Translations under genes and position numbers: made by a program
The notes under the pieces: model-generated
What the model was told of the DNA's origin: nothing
What the model saw: only the letters and a program-made list of their open reading frames with translations
Database searches by the model: none
From: Methanomassiliicoccaceae archaeon
GTDB taxonomy: Archaea > Thermoplasmatota > Thermoplasmata > Methanomassiliicoccales > UBA472
Reading direction: 5' to 3'
DNA: 64,000 nt
Assembly (NCBI GenBank): GCA_963751645.1
Contig: CAVVVD010000007.1
Span: 12,330 to 76,329 of the forward strand
Shown here: positions 47,925-57,590 of the stretch, piece by piece
How positions within the stretch are numbered: the first letter of the stretch is position 1
Layout of the letters: each line of letters opens with the position of its first letter

Positions 47925-50354
47925 CTAATTGGCCTTCATTCGATTGCGTAGATGATCGGCCCTCTCGATCTGCTCATCAGACATTGATGGTTTTCCCATC
48001 TCGTTTAGGAGCTGGCCGAACCATTTCCTCACCATGATCTCATACATCGTTCCCAGTTGTACGCCCTGCAGGGCCTCGATGGCCATATAGAACCTGATTA
48101 TCGCTGCGGTGAGGTCATCGCTCCTGGCCAGAAGCTCGGCTTCGACCGCTAAGGTCAGCCCATTGAGCGGTGTCTTCAGTAGGGCGTTCTGGACCCCGAG
48201 CCCTTCCTTGATGTTAATGAAGAGCTCCTCGGCCGCCCTCAGCTTGTCTAGTTCGATAAGATTATGGACCATGAATATCTGGATTAGATCGATAAGATTC
48301 TTGTTTTCACTCGCCATGGCCGCCTCTAATGCTGCCTCGACATACATGGACGCTCCTTCATGGTCGTCCTCTGATTCCTTAAGGAATGAAAGGTAGAGAT
48401 GGACCCAGGCAATGTAATAGCTATAGGAAAGGACCCGGGCTTTTTCGAGGCTAATCAAATAGCTTTGTTTCGCATCAGGGAGGTCGTCAAGGCAGTATTG
48501 CGCGATGCCTTTGAACATCCATGAGATCACCTCGGCCAATGGCCAGGGGTGTTCTTCGAATAGTCCCAATGCTTTGTCCAATTTCACTAGGGCTTCGTGC
48601 GGATGGCCAGTGGCCAAGCGTGTGAACCCCCCTTCCTGTAGCTCCCATGCCAGCCTCTGGGGCTCGTTCAACCGATCGAATATGGTCTCGGACCGTTCCA
48701 TCAGTTCCCCAGCTTTCTCAAAGTCCCCGATGTAGAGGCTTTGCATCGCCATTTCGTGTAGGATCTCCCCTTCATCGAACTTGTCGATGTCTGACAATGA
48801 AAGAGCTGTTCGCAAATACTCTGAATGTCTCTCGATCGAGCCCTTACCTAAACGATTTGGGACCCAACATTCGGCACATTTCCGTAAAATTCTTCCTTTT
48901 CGCTTTTCTGAACCGGCCTTTTCAATGAGCGGTTCAAAAATTGAGAAGGCGGACTCATTGTCTCCCATTTCGAAATAGGCATCCGCCAGCGATTCAAGCA
49001 AATTAAGATCCTCATCACTATTTTTCTGCAAAGGGCTTAGATGATCTATGGCCCTATGATAGAACATCACCGCCTCTGGGTAGGAAAAACGTTGAAAACA
49101 ATATTCCCCCGCCTTTGCCGAATATTCCGTGCACTTTTCAGGTATCTCTCCCCTGCAGAAGTGCAATGAGAGCTTTGAGAAATCGACCGGCGAGGCCCCC
49201 TTACGCTCAATGATGTCACCGATGGTCTGATGGAGGGATATCCTGTTCTCCTTAGTTATCGAGGAGTAGATCGACCATTGGATAAGCTCGTGGAGGAACT
49301 GATAGTGGTCCCCCATTTTCCTGATCAGCTGGTCCTCTTCGTCCATTTTGATCAGGAATCGATCGAGTTCACCCAAATCCAGGTCCAATATTTCTGACAA
49401 AACCATGATATCGAACTGATCCCCTATGACCGAGGCCGCATTGAGAATGTATCGCTCCGCCTGATCCAGTAAGATCAGACGATTCTCGATGACCTCGTTT
49501 AGGGAAGATGGGATGCCATCTTCAGTTAACATGACAAGTCCATGATGCTCCCTCTTTTCACCAGATATCGAGTCCGTTATCCATTTTGTGAGCTCGATGA
49601 CGAAGAGTGGGTTACCTCCGGTCGCTTTTATTATGGCGTCGGACGAACCCTGATTGCACTGACCTTTAGCCACATCCTCCGATAGCCTAATGACCTCTTT
49701 ATCGGAAAGATAGGGCAAGGAGACCTCCCTCAGGTTAGTGGGTTTGTTGACGTTCTTCAGAAAGGTGGTAAATGGAATGTTGCTACGGGATTTGGTAGGT
49801 CTGACCTCCTCGGGACGAAATGTCAGTAAGATTATGGTGCGCGTACGCCAGAGATGCTTTGTAAGAAAGTCCAACAATTCCACACTGGCGGAATCTGCCC
49901 AGTGGAAATCCTCAAGCCAGATCAACAATGGTACCCTCATGGACGTCGATTCTATGGCGTTGATGGTCCCCAGCATCACCATTTCCTTCAGAGCCCCTTT
50001 TTCGAAGGGGTCATCTATTTTCGATAATAGGTCTTGGAATTGCCTAGAAGTGATGTTGGATGGGCGTTCTTCCGCTTCCCTATCGTTGGTCAAATCCCCA
50101 TCCATATCGACAAGGCAATGGAATGCCTCGATGAATGAGACGAGGGGGCTTGGGTGGTTGACATGGCACGACCCTTTACAACATAGGAACCCCGACCTCT
50201 CCGCCATCTTACAATATTCCAAGCACAACCTAGTCTTACCAAGACCCGCCTCGCCTTCGATCGTCACTATGGAACCATGACCGTGGAGAGCCTCGCCAAG
50301 GTAAGATTGGAACCGTTCCAATTCCCGTCTGCGTCCGATGAACTTCGGGTCCAT
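47925..50354 (-). CDS. STAND-class P-loop NTPase (AAA_16-type) with C-terminal TPR-like repeats, no recognisable effector or HTH
   Basis: Walker A 'IEGEAGLGKTRL', Walker B 'PLLIWLEDFHWAD', 'GGNPLFVIEL' (the arm typical of AAA_16/LAL-type ATPases), then about 450 aa of TPR-like helical repeats ('LADAYFEMGDNESAFSIFEPLIEKA' and others). Confidence 0.8.
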   Translation of the reverse strand: MDPKFIGRRRELERFQSYLGEALHGHGSIVTIEGEAGLGKTRLCLEYCKMAERSGFLCCKGSCHVNHPSPLVSFIEAFHCLVDMDGDLTNDREAEERPSNITSRQFQDLLSKIDDPFEKGALKEMVMLGTINAIESTSMRVPLLIWLEDFHWADSASVELLDFLTKHLWRTRTIILLTFRPEEVRPTKSRSNIPFTTFLKNVNKPTNLREVSLPYLSDKEVIRLSEDVAKGQCNQGSSDAIIKATGGNPLFVIELTKWITDSISGEKREHHGLVMLTEDGIPSSLNEVIENRLILLDQAERYILNAASVIGDQFDIMVLSEILDLDLGELDRFLIKMDEEDQLIRKMGDHYQFLHELIQWSIYSSITKENRISLHQTIGDIIERKGASPVDFSKLSLHFCRGEIPEKCTEYSAKAGEYCFQRFSYPEAVMFYHRAIDHLSPLQKNSDEDLNLLESLADAYFEMGDNESAFSIFEPLIEKAGSEKRKGRILRKCAECWVPNRLGKGSIERHSEYLRTALSLSDIDKFDEGEILHEMAMQSLYIGDFEKAGELMERSETIFDRLNEPQRLAWELQEGGFTRLATGHPHEALVKLDKALGLFEEHPWPLAEVISWMFKGIAQYCLDDLPDAKQSYLISLEKARVLSYSYYIAWVHLYLSFLKESEDDHEGASMYVEAALEAAMASENKNLIDLIQIFMVHNLIELDKLRAAEELFINIKEGLGVQNALLKTPLNGLTLAVEAELLARSDDLTAAIIRFYMAIEALQGVQLGTMYEIMVRKWFGQLLNEMGKPSMSDEQIERADHLRNRMKAN

Positions 50355-50571
50355 AGATCCTACCTCTCCGATCTCCCTCTATCCGTATGCCCTAATAGCA
50401 CAATTGGATCGATTGACTTCAAATGGATATCTAACTTATTGGGGTCATATCTCTGGATTAGTCGACAGATGATGGGTTGAGGAAAGGCTCGACAGAGTAC
50501 CAATTTCTCCGATCTTAGGTAGGGGACTCAGAGATATCGGGGTCCCTCATGGGATCGAGGTCGTCTGGGCT

Positions 50572-51430
50572 TCATTGTTGACTATGGGCCCTCAGATTTG
50601 ACTGGAATGACCTCGCCACCAATGGTATCGGTGGTACGTTCAGCTGCATCCGATCAATGACGCGTCGGCATAAATCATCGATGGAAATCCTAGGTTCCTG
50701 GGATGCTATCTCCGCGACAGTTGTGTCAATACGTCTCAGATATTCCAGACCGCCTTCGATCATGCTACCGACCTCCTCGCCTTTCCTGGGGATATCCCAA
50801 GACCCGAGGAGGACGTCGACACCATCTATCGCCAGCAATCTTTCGAGCGACCTCATCGAGGCCTTGGCATCGTCATAGACCGGCATCTCTCCGACAAGGG
50901 GAACTGCGTCCCCGGTGATGAGCACTCCTTCCTCCCTCGACAGCAAGGAGATGGAGCCAGTCGAATGACCAGGGGTGTGGAACACCTCTAGTATCGTTCC
51001 TACCACCCAGGTCCACCTTGTCCCCTTCCTTGAGGGCACGGTCCACCTCGACCGATCCCCCCACCAGATTGTGGAACCCCGGCACTGGACGTTCTGCGAA
51101 CTGGACATCGACATCCTCGAGCCAGCCTACCTCTGCCTCATGGATCAGCACTTGGCAATGGCATTTGGCTTTTATCGCCTTCGTGGAGCCGACATGGTCC
51201 GGGTGAGCATGGGTCTGGATGATGGTGGTGATCTCCTCCGGATGGCGCCCCGCGCTCCTGATCAGATCGAATATCATGTCCTCGGTGCCGGCCACCCCGG
51301 TGTCGATCAGGCAGATCTCCTCTCCTAAGATGACATAGCAATAGACGAACCGGTCCAGGGACAGGGACGGACTCAACGGGACCTTGAATGGGACAAGTAA
51401 CGTATGGACATGATCGGTGATGTGCATCAC
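50572..51430 (-). pseudogene. MBL-fold metallo-hydrolase, one frame break
   Basis: ORF 50873..51430 has 'IQTHAHPDHVG' (HxHxDH). The continuation 'TILEVFHTPGHSTGSISLL...ITGDAV' is in ORF 50572..51114. The junction is at the 3-nt G/C run 51006-51008. Confidence 0.7.
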
Positions 51431-51567
51431 AGAGCGAACAACCAGTGTCTATTAATTTGTGAGGGTGAAGCGATCTGGGATCACAAAGCATTCACATAAT
51501 TGAACATTGAACGGCGGAAAGGGAAAAGAGGGAAGGAGTTTCAAACGATGGCTATGATCCCTCGGGC

Positions 51568-54500
51568 TCAACCTTTTCTTCGACGGATGATGATGAAGGC
51601 GGCGATCGCCACGATCGCTAGCACACCCACCGCTGCACCGATGAGCAGCCAATCGATGCCAGCGGAGGACGAGTCCATGGTCAGGTCCCCAAGGGGTAGG
51701 TCTCCGGTCACATCGATGGGCGTGTTCTTGTCATCCATTCCAGAGGCGGTGATGGTCAAGTTATATTTGCCAGGCGGCAGGGTGAGGGCGAACTCACCCT
51801 GGAAGTTGGTGTTCGCGGTATAGCTCCCCGCGCGGACGTAGGCCCCTTCTATCGGATCGCCGTCGGAATCCACCACCCTCCCGGTGACGACCCCGCTTGA
51901 TACCGTGCTGAAGGACCAGGAGAAGTTGCCAATGCGATTCCCCGCCTGGTCCAGACCACTCTGGGCCGATATCACATAGGTCTGTCCCATCGTCAACATC
52001 ATTGTGACGTTGTAGGTGCGATCAGATACAGTATATGGTCGTTCCACACCGTTGACGAGGATGACCAATGTACCCGACTGGATCGCCTCGTTGTAGGTGA
52101 TGGATATCACGTCGTTCGTATGGGCGGCGGTCCCGTTCGGACTGTAACTGGTTACCGCAGGTGCTTCGTTGTCCAACGTGAAGTTCAGCGAGGCAGTGGT
52201 CTCCCAACCCGCAAAATCTGTCGCATGTAGAATAAAATGCACCGGACCATCTGCGAGCTGCAGGGAGACGTTATCAGACGGGTAGTGGAATGTGACCCAG
52301 GCGACTCCATCCAAACTGTAATTCAACCACCTTATGCCCGAGATGTCGGTCACGTCATAGAATATCTCCACCGTGTCGTTGTTTATCGAGGAACCCTCGA
52401 TGGGGTAAACGAAGACCACCTTGGGACCTTTGAGGTCCATGCTGAAATTGACCCAGGCATGCCCTATGTTCCCTGACTTATCATAGCCCCGGACCGATAC
52501 TGAGTGCTGACCATCTGTCAGTTCGAGGACGAACCACTGCTCCAACCCTGTGCCCTGCCATGGCCCACCGTCTACCTGGACCTCGAAACGGTCCAGATCT
52601 GAGAGGAGATCATCAGTGGTCCAGGTCATGTTCAGCTCGGGCATGGTGATGATCTGATTCTCCACCGGGTCGGTGATTTCGATGGATGGCCCGGAAACGT
52701 CAACGATCACGACCACAGATGCGGTGCTGTTCCGTCCGGTGTGATCGACCGCCATGACACGGAGGGTGTGCTCCCCCGATGTGAGACCATCGATCTGCCA
52801 GGAGAGATCAGTGCCCCGATCGTTCCATGCGCCGGAGTCCAATTGGACCTCATAACGGTCTATTCCGAAGCCAGTGTCCGTTCCGGTCCATTCCAGCAGG
52901 ACCGACCCGCCTATGACATTCGTGTTATTGCCAGGGCTATCGATGACCACGGTTGGGGCGAACAGGTCCACCGCGAAGCTGATACTGTCTGAGGTTGCGT
53001 TCCCAAGCTTGTCGGTTGCTTGAACGATGACGATGTGTGCACCCTCCGTCAGACCGATGATGTCGTAACTTGTGGCAGTGCTGACATTGATCCATGGACC
53101 GCCATCGACCCTGATGTCACAGTGGTCCAGACCGACACCGTCGTCGTTGACGGTCCAGACGACCGTCACCGAGCTCGTGTCGATGAGACTGCCCGATACC
53201 GGGTCGGTGATTTCGATGGATGGCCCGGAAACGTCAACGATCACGACCACAGATGCGGTGCTGTTCCGTCCGGTGTGATCGACCGCCATGACACGGAGGG
53301 TGTGCTCCCCCGATGTGAGACCATCGATCTGCCAGGAGAGATCAGTGCCCCGATCGTTCCATGCGCCGGAGTCCAATTGGACCTCATAACGGTCTATGCC
53401 GAAGCCAGTGTCCGTTCCGGTCCATTCCAGCAGGACCGACCCGCCTATGACATTCGTGTTATTGCCAGGGCTATCGATGACCACGGTTGGGGCGAACAGG
53501 TCCACCGCGAAGCTGATACTGTCTGAGGTTGCGTTCCCAAGCTTGTCGGTTGCTTGAACGATGACGATATGTGCGCCCTCCGTCAGACCGATGATGTCGT
53601 AACTTGTGGCAGTGCTGACATTGATCCATGGACCGCCATCGACCCTGATGTCACAGTGGTCCAGACCGACACCGTCGTCGTTGACGGTCCAGACGACCGT
53701 CACCGAGCTCGTGTCGATGAGACTGCCCGATACCGGGTCGGTGATGATGACCTCGGGACCTATCGAATCGAGGAAGATGTTCATGTAATAGATGCGCCAA
53801 TTGCCAGCGGTATCCGTGGCGTTGATCCAGACCTGATTCCATCCCTGAGTCATGGCAGGGGTTGTGAATGTGGTCAGCGTCGTTGTTGTCCAGGGATGAT
53901 CGTTCAAACGGACCTTATAATCGAGCACGGAAGTGTAGGCATCGGTACCGGTCCAGCTGACCACGGCGGTGGCCTGGTCTGTTGCCGAGTTGTTTACTGG
54001 GGATTGGAAGGTAACCGATGGCGGGCTCCGATCGACCTTGAATGTATGTGAAATGACCGTGTATAGACCTACACCGTCGGTGGCATTCACCTGGATCACA
54101 TGGGTACCCTCTGAGATCGGTGTCCAATGATAGTTGGTGTCCATGCCCACGTTCAGCCAGGAGGAGCTGTCGAAGCTTAGGCTGTACCCGACTAGGCCAG
54201 AACCATTGTCCCAGCCTTCCCAGGACACATACACATCGGCAGTGTTGAGGACCTCTTGGTCATGGGGGGTCAAGAGGTGGAGGACCGGACTTTCGGAATC
54301 CGCATTTGTGAGGGGGGCCTTGTCCTCAGCCCCTCCCTCGAGGATGTAGGGGTCGTCCACGATGCCGTCGTGATCGGCATCTGGTAGGCGCCAGTCCGAC
54401 CACATATTACCGTGGTAGTTCAGGGTGCCACTGTAGTTCCAATGATTGTTGACGATCGAGGTGTCCTTTGCCTGCAGATGGAGGGGGTCATAAGTTGCAT

Positions 54501-55719
54501 CGGCGCCGTTATTGTCTGCCAGTGTGTTATCATAGACGGAGATGCCCACGCAGGTGCCCAATGATATGCCGAACAATGAGTTCCCGCCGATCTGATTTCC
54601 CGTAAGGGTCCCTCCGGTGCTGTTGAAAATGTAGATGCCGTTGTTGTTGTCAGAGATGGTGTTGTTGGAGATGGTACAATCCCCGGACGTCGTCACCCGT
54701 AACCCATCCCCCGCCACCCCGAGGATCTGATTGCCCCTGACAAGTGTCTGGGGGCTGTTCAATACGATGATACCGTGCAGGGCATTCCCATAGACAAGGT
54801 TGGTGGTGACATTTGTCGATGGGCATCCGGAAACATAGATCCCATTATTGTCATTCAGGCCCACCTCGTTGCTATCGACATTGCAACGATCCGAGCCATC
54901 ACTGATTACGATGGCGTTCTCATTGCTATAGGTGATGTTGTTCCCGGTGACATTCTCGTAATCGGAGAGCCAGAGCCAAATTCCATTATCGCACGCTGTG
55001 ATTTTATTGTCCGAGAGGACGTCAAAGGAGGATGACTGAGAATAGATTCCATAATTGAGGCAACCAGTGAACCGGTTCCCTTTCACCTCGACCTGGGAGC
55101 TGGAAGCGATCGATACCCCGTTCTCATTCCTATAGAGGTCGCAATTCGTTACCGAGCATCGATCCGAGGAGAAGAACCTGATGCCATCGATTGTGTTGTT
55201 GGAGGAGTCGGTATCCGATACCGTGATGTCCTCACAGTCGCGGGCGTACAGACCGTTCCCCCCGTTGTTATGGAGTTGATCGTTCTGGATCGTGATGTTC
55301 TTGCATTCAGTGAGCCCGATCCCATCGAATGTGTCGTAGATGTCGCAACCCTCGATCGTCGCATTCTCAACATTACCTAGGTAAATTCCATCACCTGAAT
55401 CGATGAAACTGCCGTCCCCAGTGTTGTTGACCGAGCAGTTCTTGATGACGATGTGCAGTGTTGTGTTCTTGATGTTTATGCCGTTGCTTGCCCCCAGGGC
55501 ATCGATGTCATAGTTCTCTATCAAGATGGGATCCCCTGCCGATCCAGACCCGGACCATCCTTCTATGGTGCGCATGGCCAGGAGTTCGGGGTCGCCATCG
55601 ATTATGATCGGCCCATGGGGAGCGGCCCTCACCTCCCCAGCCATCATCGCGAGGGTGAGAAATGACATTCCTAAGACGATCAAGACCAAGAACAACGCTT
55701 TGAACCGCATGGGACCCAC
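51568..55719 (-). CDS. giant cell-surface protein (signal peptide, PbH1/NosD-like beta-helix, about 9 Ig-like domains, CarboxypepD_reg-like domain, C-terminal TM anchor)
   Basis: 1383-aa intact ORF with signal 'FKALFLVLIVLGMSFLTLAMMAGEVRAA', many 'N.I..N...GI.L' repeats, repeated 90-aa or so 'W.G.D..SG...Y.V..D...W' modules, 'VVTGRVVDSDGDPIEGAYV' and the anchor 'WLLIGAAVGVLAIVAIAAFIIIRRRKG'. Confidence 0.85.
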   Translation of the reverse strand: MGPMRFKALFLVLIVLGMSFLTLAMMAGEVRAAPHGPIIIDGDPELLAMRTIEGWSGSGSAGDPILIENYDIDALGASNGINIKNTTLHIVIKNCSVNNTGDGSFIDSGDGIYLGNVENATIEGCDIYDTFDGIGLTECKNITIQNDQLHNNGGNGLYARDCEDITVSDTDSSNNTIDGIRFFSSDRCSVTNCDLYRNENGVSIASSSQVEVKGNRFTGCLNYGIYSQSSSFDVLSDNKITACDNGIWLWLSDYENVTGNNITYSNENAIVISDGSDRCNVDSNEVGLNDNNGIYVSGCPSTNVTTNLVYGNALHGIIVLNSPQTLVRGNQILGVAGDGLRVTTSGDCTISNNTISDNNNGIYIFNSTGGTLTGNQIGGNSLFGISLGTCVGISVYDNTLADNNGADATYDPLHLQAKDTSIVNNHWNYSGTLNYHGNMWSDWRLPDADHDGIVDDPYILEGGAEDKAPLTNADSESPVLHLLTPHDQEVLNTADVYVSWEGWDNGSGLVGYSLSFDSSSWLNVGMDTNYHWTPISEGTHVIQVNATDGVGLYTVISHTFKVDRSPPSVTFQSPVNNSATDQATAVVSWTGTDAYTSVLDYKVRLNDHPWTTTTLTTFTTPAMTQGWNQVWINATDTAGNWRIYYMNIFLDSIGPEVIITDPVSGSLIDTSSVTVVWTVNDDGVGLDHCDIRVDGGPWINVSTATSYDIIGLTEGAHIVIVQATDKLGNATSDSISFAVDLFAPTVVIDSPGNNTNVIGGSVLLEWTGTDTGFGIDRYEVQLDSGAWNDRGTDLSWQIDGLTSGEHTLRVMAVDHTGRNSTASVVVIVDVSGPSIEITDPVSGSLIDTSSVTVVWTVNDDGVGLDHCDIRVDGGPWINVSTATSYDIIGLTEGAHIVIVQATDKLGNATSDSISFAVDLFAPTVVIDSPGNNTNVIGGSVLLEWTGTDTGFGIDRYEVQLDSGAWNDRGTDLSWQIDGLTSGEHTLRVMAVDHTGRNSTASVVVIVDVSGPSIEITDPVENQIITMPELNMTWTTDDLLSDLDRFEVQVDGGPWQGTGLEQWFVLELTDGQHSVSVRGYDKSGNIGHAWVNFSMDLKGPKVVFVYPIEGSSINNDTVEIFYDVTDISGIRWLNYSLDGVAWVTFHYPSDNVSLQLADGPVHFILHATDFAGWETTASLNFTLDNEAPAVTSYSPNGTAAHTNDVISITYNEAIQSGTLVILVNGVERPYTVSDRTYNVTMMLTMGQTYVISAQSGLDQAGNRIGNFSWSFSTVSSGVVTGRVVDSDGDPIEGAYVRAGSYTANTNFQGEFALTLPPGKYNLTITASGMDDKNTPIDVTGDLPLGDLTMDSSSAGIDWLLIGAAVGVLAIVAIAAFIIIRRRKG
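52664..53745. repeat. 534-bp direct tandem duplication (2.03 copies) inside the giant surface-protein gene
   Basis: 52664-53197 and 53198-53731 differ at 3 of 534 positions (52864/53398, 53035/53569, 53041/53575). A 14-nt start of a third copy lies at 53732-53745. The period equals 178 codons, so the duplication is in frame. Confidence 0.95.
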
Positions 55720-55929
55720 TGCTCTAATCGAAAAAGGTCCACGTTCTATAATATTTAGTGGTTTAGGTATTTTCTAAAATCGATAAAGCCCGAGTTCCCG
55801 CCTTGGAATGACGTAAATAATGGTGCAATCGTCCTGGGACCGGTCGCTCACCTTTGCTCATTGCGTTCGGACCATCCATTTACTCAAAATCATCAAACAT
55901 ACGTTCGTCCATTAAGGGGATCGATTACG

Positions 55930-56502
55930 ATGAATGGCCGCTGCCCTTGGGGCGATGATCCGCTCATGAACGATTACCACGACAACGAATGGGGAAGGCC
56001 AGTTCATGATGACCGAACGCTATTCGAGTTCCTCATCCTTGATTGCATGCAGGCGGGACTGAGCTGGATGACCATCCTGCGCAAGCGCGAGGCTTTCCGA
56101 CGGGCGTTCGATGATTTCGTCATATGGAAGGTAGCGGCCTATGACGAGAGAAAGGTCCAGGGATTGATGGCCGATAAGGGGATCGTCCGTAACCGGAAGA
56201 AGATCGAGGCAGCCATCATCAACGCCAAGGGCATCCTGGATATCCAGCGAGAGTTCGGAAGCTTTGACGCCTACATCTGGAGATTCGTGGATGGTCGACC
56301 GATACAGAATAAATGGAGTTCCTTCTCTGATGTGCCGGCCGAGACACCGGAATCAAGACGAATGAGCGAGGAGCTGAGGAAGCGGGGTTTCAAGTTCGTG
56401 GGGCCAATCATTTGCTACGCGTTCATGCAAGCCGTGGGTATGGTGAACGACCATCTGGTTGACTGTCCCTCTCACGATGAGCTCGATGACGGTCTTCCTT
56501 GA
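55930..56502 (+). CDS. tag: DNA-3-methyladenine glycosylase I
   Basis: ATG at 55930. 'RCPWGDDPLMNDYHDNEWGRPVHDDRTLFEFL...QAGLSW' is the Tag signature. Confidence 0.85.
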   Translation: MNGRCPWGDDPLMNDYHDNEWGRPVHDDRTLFEFLILDCMQAGLSWMTILRKREAFRRAFDDFVIWKVAAYDERKVQGLMADKGIVRNRKKIEAAIINAKGILDIQREFGSFDAYIWRFVDGRPIQNKWSSFSDVPAETPESRRMSEELRKRGFKFVGPIICYAFMQAVGMVNDHLVDCPSHDELDDGLP

Positions 56503-56612
56503 TCCGATCGGACCGCCCAGCATCTTAGGCGAGTTTTTATAGGCGATGCTCCGTCGATGCTTCCGGGTGGATCGGGTCCGCCCCATGACCTACCTGTTGA
56601 GGGTGTGTTCCC

Positions 56613-57020
56613 ATGAAGACAAAGAAAGGTTTTATAGGCAACATCGAGAAGGATACGACCGCCAACACTGATTTCCGCCGTGTTCTCTACACAGGAAAGT
56701 TCAGCCAACTGGTCCTGATGAACCTTAAGCCGGGGGAGGAGATCGGCGAGGAGGTACATGACGATGTAGACCAGTTCTTCCGCTTCGAACAAGGCGAGGG
56801 CAAGGTCGTCATCGACGGCGTGGAGCACAAGGTGCATGATGGGATGGCGGCGATAGTCCCCTCCGGTGCCAGGCATAATGTGGTAAATACCTCGAAGAAG
56901 GAGGATCTGCGCCTTTACACCATCTATTCCCCACCTGAGCACCAGGACAAGGTGGTTCGCCATACCAGGGCACAGGCCATGGCGGACGAGGAGCATTACG
57001 ACGGTAAGCCGACGGAATGA
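56613..57020 (+). CDS. cupin domain protein
   Basis: 'GEEIGEEVHDDVDQFFRFEQGEGKVVIDG...IVPSGARHNV'. Confidence 0.65.
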   Translation: MKTKKGFIGNIEKDTTANTDFRRVLYTGKFSQLVLMNLKPGEEIGEEVHDDVDQFFRFEQGEGKVVIDGVEHKVHDGMAAIVPSGARHNVVNTSKKEDLRLYTIYSPPEHQDKVVRHTRAQAMADEEHYDGKPTE

Positions 57021-57257
57021 TCCCATTGAACGGTTTGTGAGGGGACCACTTCCCCTCATTTTCCCATTCCTGACCGATCGGTAATGAACCTGGCATCCAA
57101 ATATTGGCGCCTTTCGCTCGCCACTTGCAATGAGTTGTTACGACCAAGATGGATGTGGGGTCACTCTCGATTGATGATAGTAGTGAAATTGATAGTTATT
57201 TTATTAAAATTATGTTCATTGGTTTAATGATATATCGTTTCATTAGATGTTCATATG

Positions 57258-57293
57258 ACAATATTCTAATAACCTAGTGATGAAGAATATTGT
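57258..57293. promoter_or_regulatory. 10-bp perfect inverted repeat upstream of a small ORF
   Basis: ACAATATTCT (57258-57267) and AGAATATTGT (57284-57293) with a 16-nt spacer, ending 14 nt before the ATG at 57307. Confidence 0.3.
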
Positions 57294-57306
57294 TAGGTGA
57301 TCTAAA

Positions 57307-57468
57307 ATGGACCCCGATGAGAGGATACACGGTTGGACCGACAAGGAGATCATGGACCAACTGCAAAAACTGACAGGTGACACAGAGCGAGATATCGAGA
57401 GGGAAGCGTTGCGTCGGCTCATGGAGAGATTGAGCTACATTCCAACAAGGTCAAATGGACGGGTCTGA
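57307..57468 (+). CDS. 53-aa hypothetical protein, possibly ribbon-helix-helix-like
   Basis: This ORF is not in the supplied track because it is under 60 aa: 'MDPDERIHGWTDKEIMDQLQKLTGDTERDIEREALRRLMERLSYIPTRSNGRV'. It is helical and charged, and preceded by an AT-rich region and the inverted repeat. Confidence 0.3.
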   Translation: MDPDERIHGWTDKEIMDQLQKLTGDTERDIEREALRRLMERLSYIPTRSNGRV

Positions 57469-57590
57469 AAGGTACAACTGACCGAATCGTCACCGACCTA
57501 ACAGCATATCGAAGTCGGACGACGAAATTTGCAGTATTGCTTAGCCAGATTGCCAAATGGACTCATCTTTCGTTATAGAAGCCGAGGCGC

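Noticed and set aside
52741-54051. Repeated + strand ORFs (83, 168, 165 aa) with near-identical sequences
   Set aside because: They are antisense to the 1383-aa surface-protein gene, and they repeat only because they lie in the 534-bp tandem duplication. They are not independent genes.
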